A stretch of 23,178 nt of DNA, taken from Piromyces finnis finn (lineage: Eukaryota > Fungi > Neocallimastigomycota). The stretch covers positions 1 through 23,178 of the forward strand of contig MCFH01000154.1 in assembly GCA_002104945.1 (NCBI GenBank). Direction: 5' to 3'. The position numbers and the translations under genes were made by a program. Shown here piece by piece: positions 12,024-20,458 of the stretch. How positions within the stretch are numbered: the stretch's first letter is position 1; every line of letters starts with the position of its first letter. The notes beneath the pieces are model-generated. The model saw only the letters and a program-made list of their open reading frames with translations, did no database searches and had not been told where the DNA came from.

Positions 12024-12337
12024 CTCGAGAAAATTCCTATCATTAGGGATTTCGAGAGTTCATTACATTTAATATTTACTCTAATTATAATAATATTTAA
12101 TAAATAAAAATTTTTCTTTAAATAAAATTTTTTCTTTAAATAAAAATTTATTAATAAATAAAGTTAATTAATAAAATGTTATTTATTTAAAATATTTATT
12201 TATTCATTTATTTATTAAATTAATAAACTTAGGGTAAATATGTGTATTCCGACCTAACTGAAGTGAAATCGGTAACAATACATTGTAGTTAAGAATTTGC
12301 ATATATAATTAAAATTATATATTTAGATTACATATGA

Positions 12338-12831
12338 TGTAAAAGGTTTTTATATATGTTAGTTAATAAGTTAAATATAACAAGTTAATTAAGTTAGTTA
12401 TTACCTCTCTATACGAGTTAATAACTAAATAAAGTTTTATAAAAAATAATAAAAGAACTAAAATAAATATTATAACACAAAAATAAATATAATACGATAA
12501 ATATTAATATGAAATATTATTTACTTAAATAATTATTATAATTATTATCTTTTATTTATTAGTTATAATTATATACATTAATTATTATTATAGCTATTAA
12601 TTTACTTTAATACTAACGCTAAAGTATTTAACGTTAGTTTTGACTATACTATTTAACTATATGAGTTTATTTTCTTTACCACTTGATTGGGTAAAGCAAA
12701 TAGACTTCCTATTTAATTAATAACCATTAATATATGGTTATGCATATATTTGGCCAATAAATGGTGACCAGAATATATGGTTTCAATTGAAATATTTGTG
12801 GGCAAACTTATGGCCACAAATATTTCTTACA
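12338..12831 (-). repeat. 3' LTR of the family A element
   Basis: 494 bp; differs from the 5' LTR at two positions only (12496 G vs 18718 A; 12815 C vs 19037 T) by manual comparison. Confidence 0.97.
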
Positions 12832-12842
12832 ATGCCCCCCTG
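12832..12842 (-). promoter_or_regulatory. Polypurine tract
   Basis: Minus-strand CAGGGGGGCAT abuts the TGTAAG start of the 3' LTR, 10 bp after the ORF stop codon. Confidence 0.85.
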
Positions 12843-12852
12843 AGGAGAAAAC

Positions 12853-15800
12853 CTAGGCAGGGTTTTGGACACTAACCATGAATTCCTGGTAGCATTTATC
12901 TTGAAATTCCTTGAGTAGCTTATCATAGTGGGAGTTCTTGTCAATGATATCAGCATCAACCCACTCTTGTCTAAAGTCACTAAAGGTAGCTAAGTATTGG
13001 TAGTTATCCTTCTTTCTTCTGGCATTCATGATTTTGATAATTTTCTGGTAGCCCACTGGTGCAGGTGTTAGTTCTTCAGGTTTGTTATGGTAGGGTTCAA
13101 GTTCACTGATATGAAACACTGGGTAGACATTGGGGAAAGGTGACTTGCTGATATCCAACCGGTAGTTAAGCTTGGTTTCATCAATTCTAATAACCTTGAA
13201 GGGACCGTACTTTCTTGCTTGTAGCTTGTAGAAGGGAAGAGGGTTGTAATTTTCTGGTTTTCTTAACCACACCAAATCCAGGAGCCTAATTTTAGGGTAG
13301 TTAAGTTCTCTTCTATGGTCCAAGTGGTCTAAGAACCGTGTTCTTGATATGTCCAGCATGTGCTTTAAGTTACCTAAGTTGTGAGCGAAGCTATCTAATA
13401 TAGGAGCTTCACCAAGTGAGTGGACAAGTTCTGAGTCTTGAGGGTTCATATGTACCTGGTAGTTATACAAGGCTAGGAATGGGGACTGCTTAGTAGAACT
13501 GTGTACTGCATTATTATAGCAGAACTCAGCTAAGTACAAGTACTTCAACCATTCGTCGTCATCAAAGGTCTTCACAAAGCATCTAAGGTACATACTTACG
13601 TAGGAGTTATTGCGTTCTACCTGACCAACTGTTTCATGATGGCCAGTAGTAGCAAGGTTTACTTCTACGCCAAAGAACCCCATAATGTCCTTCCACAACT
13701 TACTAGTGAACTGGACACCACGATCCGTAGTAACCGATTTGGGACAACCATGTAACTTGAATACATGTTGTAAGTATGCTAAGGCTGTTTCTTTAGCAGT
13801 AGGCATACTCCTAAATCCCACTAAGTGTATCATTTTGGTTAACTTATCGCTACAAACCATGATACAACCTCTTCTAGTGACTTCTGGGGGTTCTGAGGGA
13901 CTACTACCTGGTTTTCTACGTTCCTTAATAGGTAGGTCCGTCAGGAAGTCGATTTCTACTTCTTGCCAAGGTAAGTCTGCAACTTTTACCCTAGCAGCGC
14001 TACCGTACGGCTTGTGTCTGTTGTCCTTTTGGGTACAACATATGGTACAAGCTTTAATATATCCCGCAATGTCATCCTTCATTTTTGGCCAGTAGTAGTT
14101 TCTGGCTATCAGGTCATAAGTTTTATCTTTTCCCAAATGACCTGCTGTTTCACTATCGTGGTTAAGTTTTATGATTGTTTCCCTTAACACCTTTGGTACA
14201 TATGTACGTTCTGGTGCATCCTTTCTAACAATCAACCCATTAACCATCAACCACTTCTTTTTGATGAGCTTGTGGCCTCTTTTTGCGTCAAGACCATCTC
14301 TAATTTCCCTAGCAAGCTCATTCGTGTTGTAAGCTTGTTTCAGTTCTCCCACAAAGCTTACTTCTAACACCGCATAGCACTCTTCTTCCACGGGTGGAAA
14401 TTCTTTTACCTGTTCAGGTCGAAGGAGGCTAGCTTTTTCCATCTCCAGTTGTACCTGTTCTGGAGATACCATTCTTGATAGGATATCGGCTCTACCATTC
14501 ATTTTTCCTGGCCGATATATTATTTCGAAGTTGTATGCAGCAAACAGCTCTTGCCATCTTGCCTGTCTTGCTGTCAACAACTGTGGTTTTGTGGCGAACA
14601 GGAGATTCCTATGGTCACTATATACTAGGACCTTATGTTTCGCACCCATTAACAGGTGTCGCCACTCGATGAAAGCATTCCTAATAGCCAACAACTCCTT
14701 TTCCGTAATGGAGTAGTTGATTTCTGCTTTCGTAAGTTTCTTGGAATAGTAATACACAGGGTGTAGTTCATTGTCATCGCCTAGTTGTGATAATACACCA
14801 CCCACTGCGTAGTTACTAGCGTCGCACTCCACTATAAACTGACGGTCATGGTCAGGATATGCTAATACTGGTGGAGACAACAGCATTTCTTTTAACTTCT
14901 CGAACGCCTGGATGCGTTCTTCATTCCACAGGAACTGTACCTTTTTGGACGTCATCGCATATAACGGCCTTGCTATCTTAGAGAAGTCCTTTATAAACTT
15001 CCTATAATAGTTGCAGAATCCGAGGAATGACTGTAGTTCTTTAATGTTGGTTGGTTGTGGCCAACTTGCTACAGCTTTTAACTTTTCTGGGTCGGTTTTA
15101 ATACCATATTTTCCAACTACATGACCCAGGAATGCAAGTTCTTCCTTGTGGAACTCACACTTCGCTAACTTAGCTACTAGACGATTATCTATTAGCTTTT
15201 GTAGGACTCTTTTTACATGCCCTACATGCTCTTCAAGTGACTTGGAGTAGATGATGATATCATCCAAGTACACTTGACAGCAGTCGTTGATTTCTTCTGC
15301 CAGCACCGTATTAATGAACCCTTGGAACGTGGCAGGAGCATTAGTCAACCCAAATGGCATCACTAGATATTCATAATGCCCAAACTTGGTTGAGAATGCC
15401 GTCTTGTATTCGTCACCTTCACGAATACGCACGAGGTTGTAGGCAGACTTCAAATCCAACTTGGAGAAGATAGTCGCGCCTTTCATAGCCTCAAACACTT
15501 GACTGATGAGTGGTAAAGGGAAGGAGTTACGCACTGTTACCTTATTAAGACGCCTATAATCAGTACATAATCGTCTTTCACCACTCTTTTTGGGCACGAA
15601 TAACACAGGATAACCTGCAGGACTCTCTGATTTCCTGATGAAGCCCTTTGCCAGGTTTTCCTCAATATATTCCTTCAGTGCTTTTTCCTCTTCTGGATTG
15701 AAGGGATATATAGGCCCTTTATGAAGACTAGCATCCGGCTCCAGGTCGATCTTACAGTCGTAAGGACGGTGTTCTGGTAGCTGGTTAGCTATTTCTTCAT

Positions 15801-18258
15801 TAAATGCTTCTTTGAAATTGTGGTAGTACTTCTCCACGATTTCTTCAGGTGTAGGTTGATTTTCGTTTAAGTTTTCTTCCTGTACCAACCCTACGTAAAT
15901 GTGATTTTTCTCTAAGTTTGACTCTTGTACCAACCCTACTGAAACACAAGTTTTCTCTAAGTTGGAACTCGATGCCAACCCTCCGGAACTTCCGTCCCTG
16001 GTTTCTTTTGTAGCCTTGTGGCTACCATTACACACGATTTCGGCTTCGATGTTTTCTGCGGTTACAGTTACCAGAGGCCTTCTTGCTTTTGCATTAGTAA
16101 CTGTAGTTATGGGACTTAATTGAGTACAGTAGTAGATATCGCCGTCATTTACACCATAACTGTTGGTGTGTTCTTTATCCTTATCATTATCTACTACGAA
16201 GTACCTCACTTGTGCATCTTTATCATAACCTCTGTAGATAAAGTGCTCATCCATGAAGCCCAGTCCCACAATGATTATCTCCGGCATGTAGTCGGATAGG
16301 TGACAACTTGTGTTGAAGCAGTATGGCTTAGCTTCTTGTTCGCCAGATGGAGTTAACCATAACTTCAACTGCAAGTCATCTGAGAACTGCTTTAACTCGA
16401 TATCACCATTCACAGTTCTGAATATGGCTGGTTTGTCCACTACCTTTAACCCGAGCTTCTTTGCTAAATTTGGGTGAATGAGGTTTGTAGTGGAACCAGT
16501 ATCATACAAGACTTCTACCCTTTTTATATCTCGAGGGTTGCTTCTTGCATTTATTTCAGCTACTAGTTGGTTCTGACTGTAGTAGCTGTTATTGACCGTC
16601 GTTTGACTTGCCATAGCCTTAGGTAATGGGTTATTTCCCATACTAGAAGGTCCTTGCTTTGGTTGGAAGCTAGAACTTCTTCTAAAGCTTGACTTATTTA
16701 AGGATTCACGACGTTCTTTGGCACCGTTATTGTTTTTTACGTAAGCCTGAGTGTTGGTCTGCTCAACTTTAGGCTTATTATTTGGCTTGTTGTTCTTCTG
16801 CTTTAACTCAGCCCATCTAGATGGTCTACATGGGTCTGTGATATCCAACAAGGCCATAATAGTGGTCTGGCGGTCTCTTTTGTCGTACTTTTCTATGGTT
16901 TCATTACGGAAGACTGCTTGGTGGTCATCGCACTTTAGCAAGACTTCACTTAATGTTTCCAGCGTACGTTCCGGTTCAGGGATATCATAGAACGCTTCCC
17001 TGACAGAAGGCCTGACCTGTTGTATTAACACCTGTCTCCTAACATTTTCAGGAAGCCCAAGTGTTTCCGTCAATTCATTGAACTCTTCCAAGTAGTCGTA
17101 TGCTTTTCCCCACTCATGTGTGAGCTTAAGCAACTTTGACTTGCAGAGTTCATGGGGAGACTCTGGTGGAAACTTATCTTGAAGGTGGAGGAATAGTCTT
17201 TCAGCATCGGGATTCCTACGCTGCAACATCCTCTCTCTAAGTCTATACCATCTCAATACTTTCCCACCTAGATGATCTTCAATGAAGCTAACCTTTGCCT
17301 TTTCGTCGTTACCATAGTCATATGGGTAACGTTTGAAATGACGTAAGCACTTCTCTTGAAAACCCTCTAAGTCTATCCCATTATTATCAAACATAGGCAC
17401 TTTTTCTTCATACCTATGTACTCGCCAATCGAACATCTTCACGTCCCCATCCTCGGAATATTCCGTAGGGTTGGTGCTGCTACTAGTTCCAGCACCATGA
17501 GGATTACCCATACCACCGGTTTGATAGGATGTTCTTTCATGAGCTCTGGCTTCAGCTCTTCTGTTCATGGCTTCGACTTTAGCCTCGAACAATTTTTCTC
17601 TTTCTTCTAGAGCGTTTCGTTGCTCCCTCAATCTGGCCATCTCTTCTTCAAGCTCTTTTTTATAAGAGACAAAGGCACTAGATTGACGGTACAACGTTTC
17701 TTGGTTGTTTAGCACTTGCTGGTGGTCTTGTAACCTTTCCTCATGTTCTGCGGTAAAGGCATTTTCCACAGCATGCAGCTCTTCCAAGCTAACTTGGCTA
17801 GCTGACTCATTTGCTTCCAACCTTTGATCCACTTCAACAAATTTTTGCTGAAGAGCATCGTTTATCTCGCTCTTGTAAACCTCAATACCCCGAAGTTGTT
17901 CTTCCATAGCACCCAGACGGTTTCCCATACTAGCAAACTGGCTAGATATTTCCGAAACCCATCTATTAAGAAGAACTTCAATGTGTTGCATTGGGTTTAC
18001 CTCACTATTATTAGTAAAAAAGAAAGAAGGATCAACAGGGGTGGGCATAGAATCCCCCTGTTGAACCTGTAAATTCTGATTAGATTCGACCTCAGTGCTT
18101 TCGAGAAGCACCGGGGTTCGAACCCGTGACATTCCCTCTACACCATCCATGCCATCCGCGCTCGCCGCGTCAGGACGGGTCCCGTCCCTTACGAATGATG
18201 TTTTTGTGTCCAATTTATGGACACCCCGAGGGTTAGGCGACTTACCTGCGTTTTTCAT
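12853..18258 (-). CDS. gag-pol: Gag-Pol polyprotein, 1801 aa, single frame (Gag, aspartic protease, RT, RNase H, integrase, chromodomain-like tail)
   Basis: Protease VLYDTGSTTNLI; RT SPAGYPVLFVPKK..RLCTDYRRLN..YLDDII; RNase H FIVECDASNYAVGGVL..ELLAI..YSDHRNL; integrase H-x6-H..CTIC, IDFLTD..TDRGVQF..GQVERNN and KYGPFKV..VFHISELEPY. The RT-RH-IN order is diagnostic of Ty3/Gypsy. I saw no CCHC knuckle in Gag. Confidence 0.98.
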   Translation of the reverse strand: MKNAGKSPNPRGVHKLDTKTSFVRDGTRPDAASADGMDGVEGMSRVRTPVLLESTEVESNQNLQVQQGDSMPTPVDPSFFFTNNSEVNPMQHIEVLLNRWVSEISSQFASMGNRLGAMEEQLRGIEVYKSEINDALQQKFVEVDQRLEANESASQVSLEELHAVENAFTAEHEERLQDHQQVLNNQETLYRQSSAFVSYKKELEEEMARLREQRNALEEREKLFEAKVEAMNRRAEARAHERTSYQTGGMGNPHGAGTSSSTNPTEYSEDGDVKMFDWRVHRYEEKVPMFDNNGIDLEGFQEKCLRHFKRYPYDYGNDEKAKVSFIEDHLGGKVLRWYRLRERMLQRRNPDAERLFLHLQDKFPPESPHELCKSKLLKLTHEWGKAYDYLEEFNELTETLGLPENVRRQVLIQQVRPSVREAFYDIPEPERTLETLSEVLLKCDDHQAVFRNETIEKYDKRDRQTTIMALLDITDPCRPSRWAELKQKNNKPNNKPKVEQTNTQAYVKNNNGAKERRESLNKSSFRRSSSFQPKQGPSSMGNNPLPKAMASQTTVNNSYYSQNQLVAEINARSNPRDIKRVEVLYDTGSTTNLIHPNLAKKLGLKVVDKPAIFRTVNGDIELKQFSDDLQLKLWLTPSGEQEAKPYCFNTSCHLSDYMPEIIIVGLGFMDEHFIYRGYDKDAQVRYFVVDNDKDKEHTNSYGVNDGDIYYCTQLSPITTVTNAKARRPLVTVTAENIEAEIVCNGSHKATKETRDGSSGGLASSSNLEKTCVSVGLVQESNLEKNHIYVGLVQEENLNENQPTPEEIVEKYYHNFKEAFNEEIANQLPEHRPYDCKIDLEPDASLHKGPIYPFNPEEEKALKEYIEENLAKGFIRKSESPAGYPVLFVPKKSGERRLCTDYRRLNKVTVRNSFPLPLISQVFEAMKGATIFSKLDLKSAYNLVRIREGDEYKTAFSTKFGHYEYLVMPFGLTNAPATFQGFINTVLAEEINDCCQVYLDDIIIYSKSLEEHVGHVKRVLQKLIDNRLVAKLAKCEFHKEELAFLGHVVGKYGIKTDPEKLKAVASWPQPTNIKELQSFLGFCNYYRKFIKDFSKIARPLYAMTSKKVQFLWNEERIQAFEKLKEMLLSPPVLAYPDHDRQFIVECDASNYAVGGVLSQLGDDNELHPVYYYSKKLTKAEINYSITEKELLAIRNAFIEWRHLLMGAKHKVLVYSDHRNLLFATKPQLLTARQARWQELFAAYNFEIIYRPGKMNGRADILSRMVSPEQVQLEMEKASLLRPEQVKEFPPVEEECYAVLEVSFVGELKQAYNTNELAREIRDGLDAKRGHKLIKKKWLMVNGLIVRKDAPERTYVPKVLRETIIKLNHDSETAGHLGKDKTYDLIARNYYWPKMKDDIAGYIKACTICCTQKDNRHKPYGSAARVKVADLPWQEVEIDFLTDLPIKERRKPGSSPSEPPEVTRRGCIMVCSDKLTKMIHLVGFRSMPTAKETALAYLQHVFKLHGCPKSVTTDRGVQFTSKLWKDIMGFFGVEVNLATTGHHETVGQVERNNSYVSMYLRCFVKTFDDDEWLKYLYLAEFCYNNAVHSSTKQSPFLALYNYQVHMNPQDSELVHSLGEAPILDSFAHNLGNLKHMLDISRTRFLDHLDHRRELNYPKIRLLDLVWLRKPENYNPLPFYKLQARKYGPFKVIRIDETKLNYRLDISKSPFPNVYPVFHISELEPYHNKPEELTPAPVGYQKIIKIMNARRKKDNYQYLATFSDFRQEWVDADIIDKNSHYDKLLKEFQDKCYQEFMVSVQNPA

Positions 18259-18548
18259 TTCTAATTCGAAAATAAATTCTTTTAATAAATTAAAGAATTT
18301 ATTATATAAAATATGGTTATAATGAATTTTAAAATTTACAAATAATGAATTTTTAATGCTAAACTATTAAAAAATAATTATTTTTAATAATAAATTTACT
18401 TCTTTTAAATATAATATTTGAATATTATATAAAATATTGTAAATAATTATTATTAAACAATAATTTAAATAAAATAAAATATGTTTTTTAAGAATTTTTA
18501 ATAACACTAACCTAATTAAAACTAAGCTAACGTAAGAACTAACTATAA

Positions 18549-18559
18549 AGCGTTAGTAT
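18549..18559 (-). promoter_or_regulatory. Self-priming PBS of family A (ATACTAACGCT)
   Basis: Directly follows the 5' LTR. 18549-18560 is the exact reverse complement of LTR positions 18831-18842. There is no TGG-type tRNA 3'-end complement. Confidence 0.88.
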
Positions 18560-19053
18560 TGTAAAAGGTTTTTATATATGTTAGTTAATAAGTTAAATAT
18601 AACAAGTTAATTAAGTTAGTTATTACCTCTCTATACGAGTTAATAACTAAATAAAGTTTTATAAAAAATAATAAAAGAACTAAAATAAATATTATAACAC
18701 AAAAATAAATATAATACAATAAATATTAATATGAAATATTATTTACTTAAATAATTATTATAATTATTATCTTTTATTTATTAGTTATAATTATATACAT
18801 TAATTATTATTATAGCTATTAATTTACTTTAATACTAACGCTAAAGTATTTAACGTTAGTTTTGACTATACTATTTAACTATATGAGTTTATTTTCTTTA
18901 CCACTTGATTGGGTAAAGCAAATAGACTTCCTATTTAATTAATAACCATTAATATATGGTTATGCATATATTTGGCCAATAAATGGTGACCAGAATATAT
19001 GGTTTCAATTGAAATATTTGTGGGCAAACTTATGGCTACAAATATTTCTTACA
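18560..19053 (-). repeat. 5' LTR of the family A element
   Basis: 494 bp, TGTAAAAGG...TTCTTACA on the plus strand, upstream of the gag start. Confidence 0.97.
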
Positions 19054-19064
19054 TATGAAGATTA

Positions 19065-19126
19065 TCCGCATTGGTCCAGTACACGCTTTCACCGTGGCGG
19101 CCGGGGTTCGATTCCCCGATGCGGAA
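19065..19126 (+). pseudogene. tRNA-Glu(TTC) lacking about 9-10 nt of the D arm
   Basis: Perfect acceptor stem TCCGCAT/ATGCGGA, anticodon loop CTTTCAC and T arm CGGGG-TTCGATT-CCCCG. It is only 62 nt: TGGTCCAGT joins directly to ACACG, so the D-loop GG and the 3' D-stem strand are absent. Confidence 0.85.
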
Positions 19127-19136
19127 ATCTTTAAAA

Positions 19137-19210
19137 GCTCGCGTAGCCTAATTGGATAGGGCGTCAGACTTCTAATCTGAAGATTGCGGGTTCGAGTCCC
19201 GCCGTGAGTG
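19137..19210 (+). tRNA. tRNA-Arg(TCT), intronless
   Basis: Acceptor stem GCTCGCG/CGTGAGT; D arm GCCT..GGGC; anticodon arm TCAGA-CTTCTAA-TCTGA; T arm GCGGG-TTCGAGT-CCCGC. Confidence 0.95.
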
Positions 19211-20082
19211 AAAAAAAATTATTTTATAGAATATTCATTAAGATAAAATAGGTAGTTTTATTTACTTATCATATCATATATGCATTGCATTTCTTATTTT
19301 ATAAATATATAATTCATTTATTCATTTGCCAAAATGAATTTTCTATATTATATTAACTTTAGAAGAATAAGTTATTAGGAATAGCAATTAAATAGTTAAA
19401 TAACAAAAGGTTTTATTTTTTGTTTAATAATTTCTTTTTTATTTTAATATTTTAAATGAAATTTACGGTAGATTTGATTAATACTATAAGAGCATTATTA
19501 TTAAATTTTATATAAATAATTAATCTTTTAAAAAGACGTAGGTTTCAATTCAACTTAACTCAGCTCAACTATTATATATCTATCTATTATTTTTGAATTA
19601 CTAAAGTTAAGTAATTTAAAATTTTATTCTAATTATTGGAGAGAATAATTTATAAAACTTATAAAAAGGGAAACTATTTTTGAATATTAAATCATTAAAG
19701 CATTAATAAAATTATAAAATACTGCATTTTATGAGTTTGTAGAGTGTATAGTTGATTTTAATATTTAATATTAATATATATTATTCTACTATAGTTTAAT
19801 TTATTATCAGCGTCAAATCCCAAAATATATTAACATGGTGTTTTTGTATTCTTAATGAGGTATAATTACTTCTTATTATGTGGAAATAATTCTATATAAT
19901 TTTATACTCAAGGATTTATAATTTATGCCAAATTATAAATTAAACTTAATGTTTTCTTGGAAATATCAAAGACTAGAATTATTTTCAAATATTCTTATTT
20001 CTTAAGACAAATAGATAATAGATGGAAGCATTTCTATTAAATGCTTTATAAATTCTAATAGATATATCATATATATTATACA

Positions 20083-20458
20083 AATTTAATATATAATACA
20101 ATAATTACCATATTAAAATATAAGCTCTGCTATTAATTTAATATATAATACAATAATTACCATATTAAAATACAAGCTCTGCTATTAATTTAATATATAA
20201 TACAATAATTATCATATTAAAATATAAGCTCTGCTATTAATTTAATATATAATACAATAATTACCATATTAAAATATAAGCTCTGCTATTAATTTAATAT
20301 ATAATACAATAATTACCATATTAAAATATAAGCTCTGCTATTAATTTAATATATAATACAATAATTACCATATTAAAATATAAGCTCTGCTATTAATTTA
20401 ATATATAATACAATAATTACCATATTAAAATATAAGCTCTGCTATTAATTTAATATAT
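20083..20458. repeat. 52-bp tandem repeat, about 7.2 copies
   Basis: GCTCTGC recurs at 20124, 20176, 20228, 20280, 20332, 20384 and 20436. I saw two single-base variants (20173, about 20212). There are no spacers. Confidence 0.95.

Larger units (their letters stand above)
10969..12277 (+). mobile_element. Non-autonomous family B LTR element with rearranged left end
   Basis: Layout: inverted R-U5 copy (10969-11157), last ~44 bp of a 5' LTR (to 11192, ...CCGTAACA), PBS (11193-11202), 436-bp non-coding interior, PPT-like GTAGACGGGCAA, then a full 649-bp LTR (11629-12277, TGTCA...TAACA). Flanks are ATTCA and ATACA (4 of 5 match, possible TSD). Confidence 0.75.
12338..19053 (-). mobile_element. 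Intact Ty3/Gypsy LTR retrotransposon, Tf1/sushi-like (family A), 6716 bp
   Basis: Paired 494-bp LTRs with TG...CA ends; TSD TATGA at 12333-12337 and 19054-19058; uninterrupted gag-pol ORF; polypurine tract (PPT); self-complementary PBS. Confidence 0.98.

Noticed and set aside
12783-12980. 65-aa minus-strand ORF running into the 3' LTR
   Set aside because: An alternative frame overlapping the integrase end and the PPT; no evidence of function.
13685-18322. Plus-strand ORFs of 61-136 aa inside the element
   Set aside because: Antisense shadows of gag-pol with no recognisable domain; not an env-like or accessory gene.
18549-18559. tRNA-derived PBS for family A, e.g. from the nearby tRNA-iMet
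   Set aside because: It does not start with TGG and is not complementary to the 3' end of any tRNA in the window, whereas it matches the LTR perfectly.
20083-20458. CRISPR-like regular repeat
   Set aside because: Contiguous identical units with no unique spacers, in a eukaryotic context.
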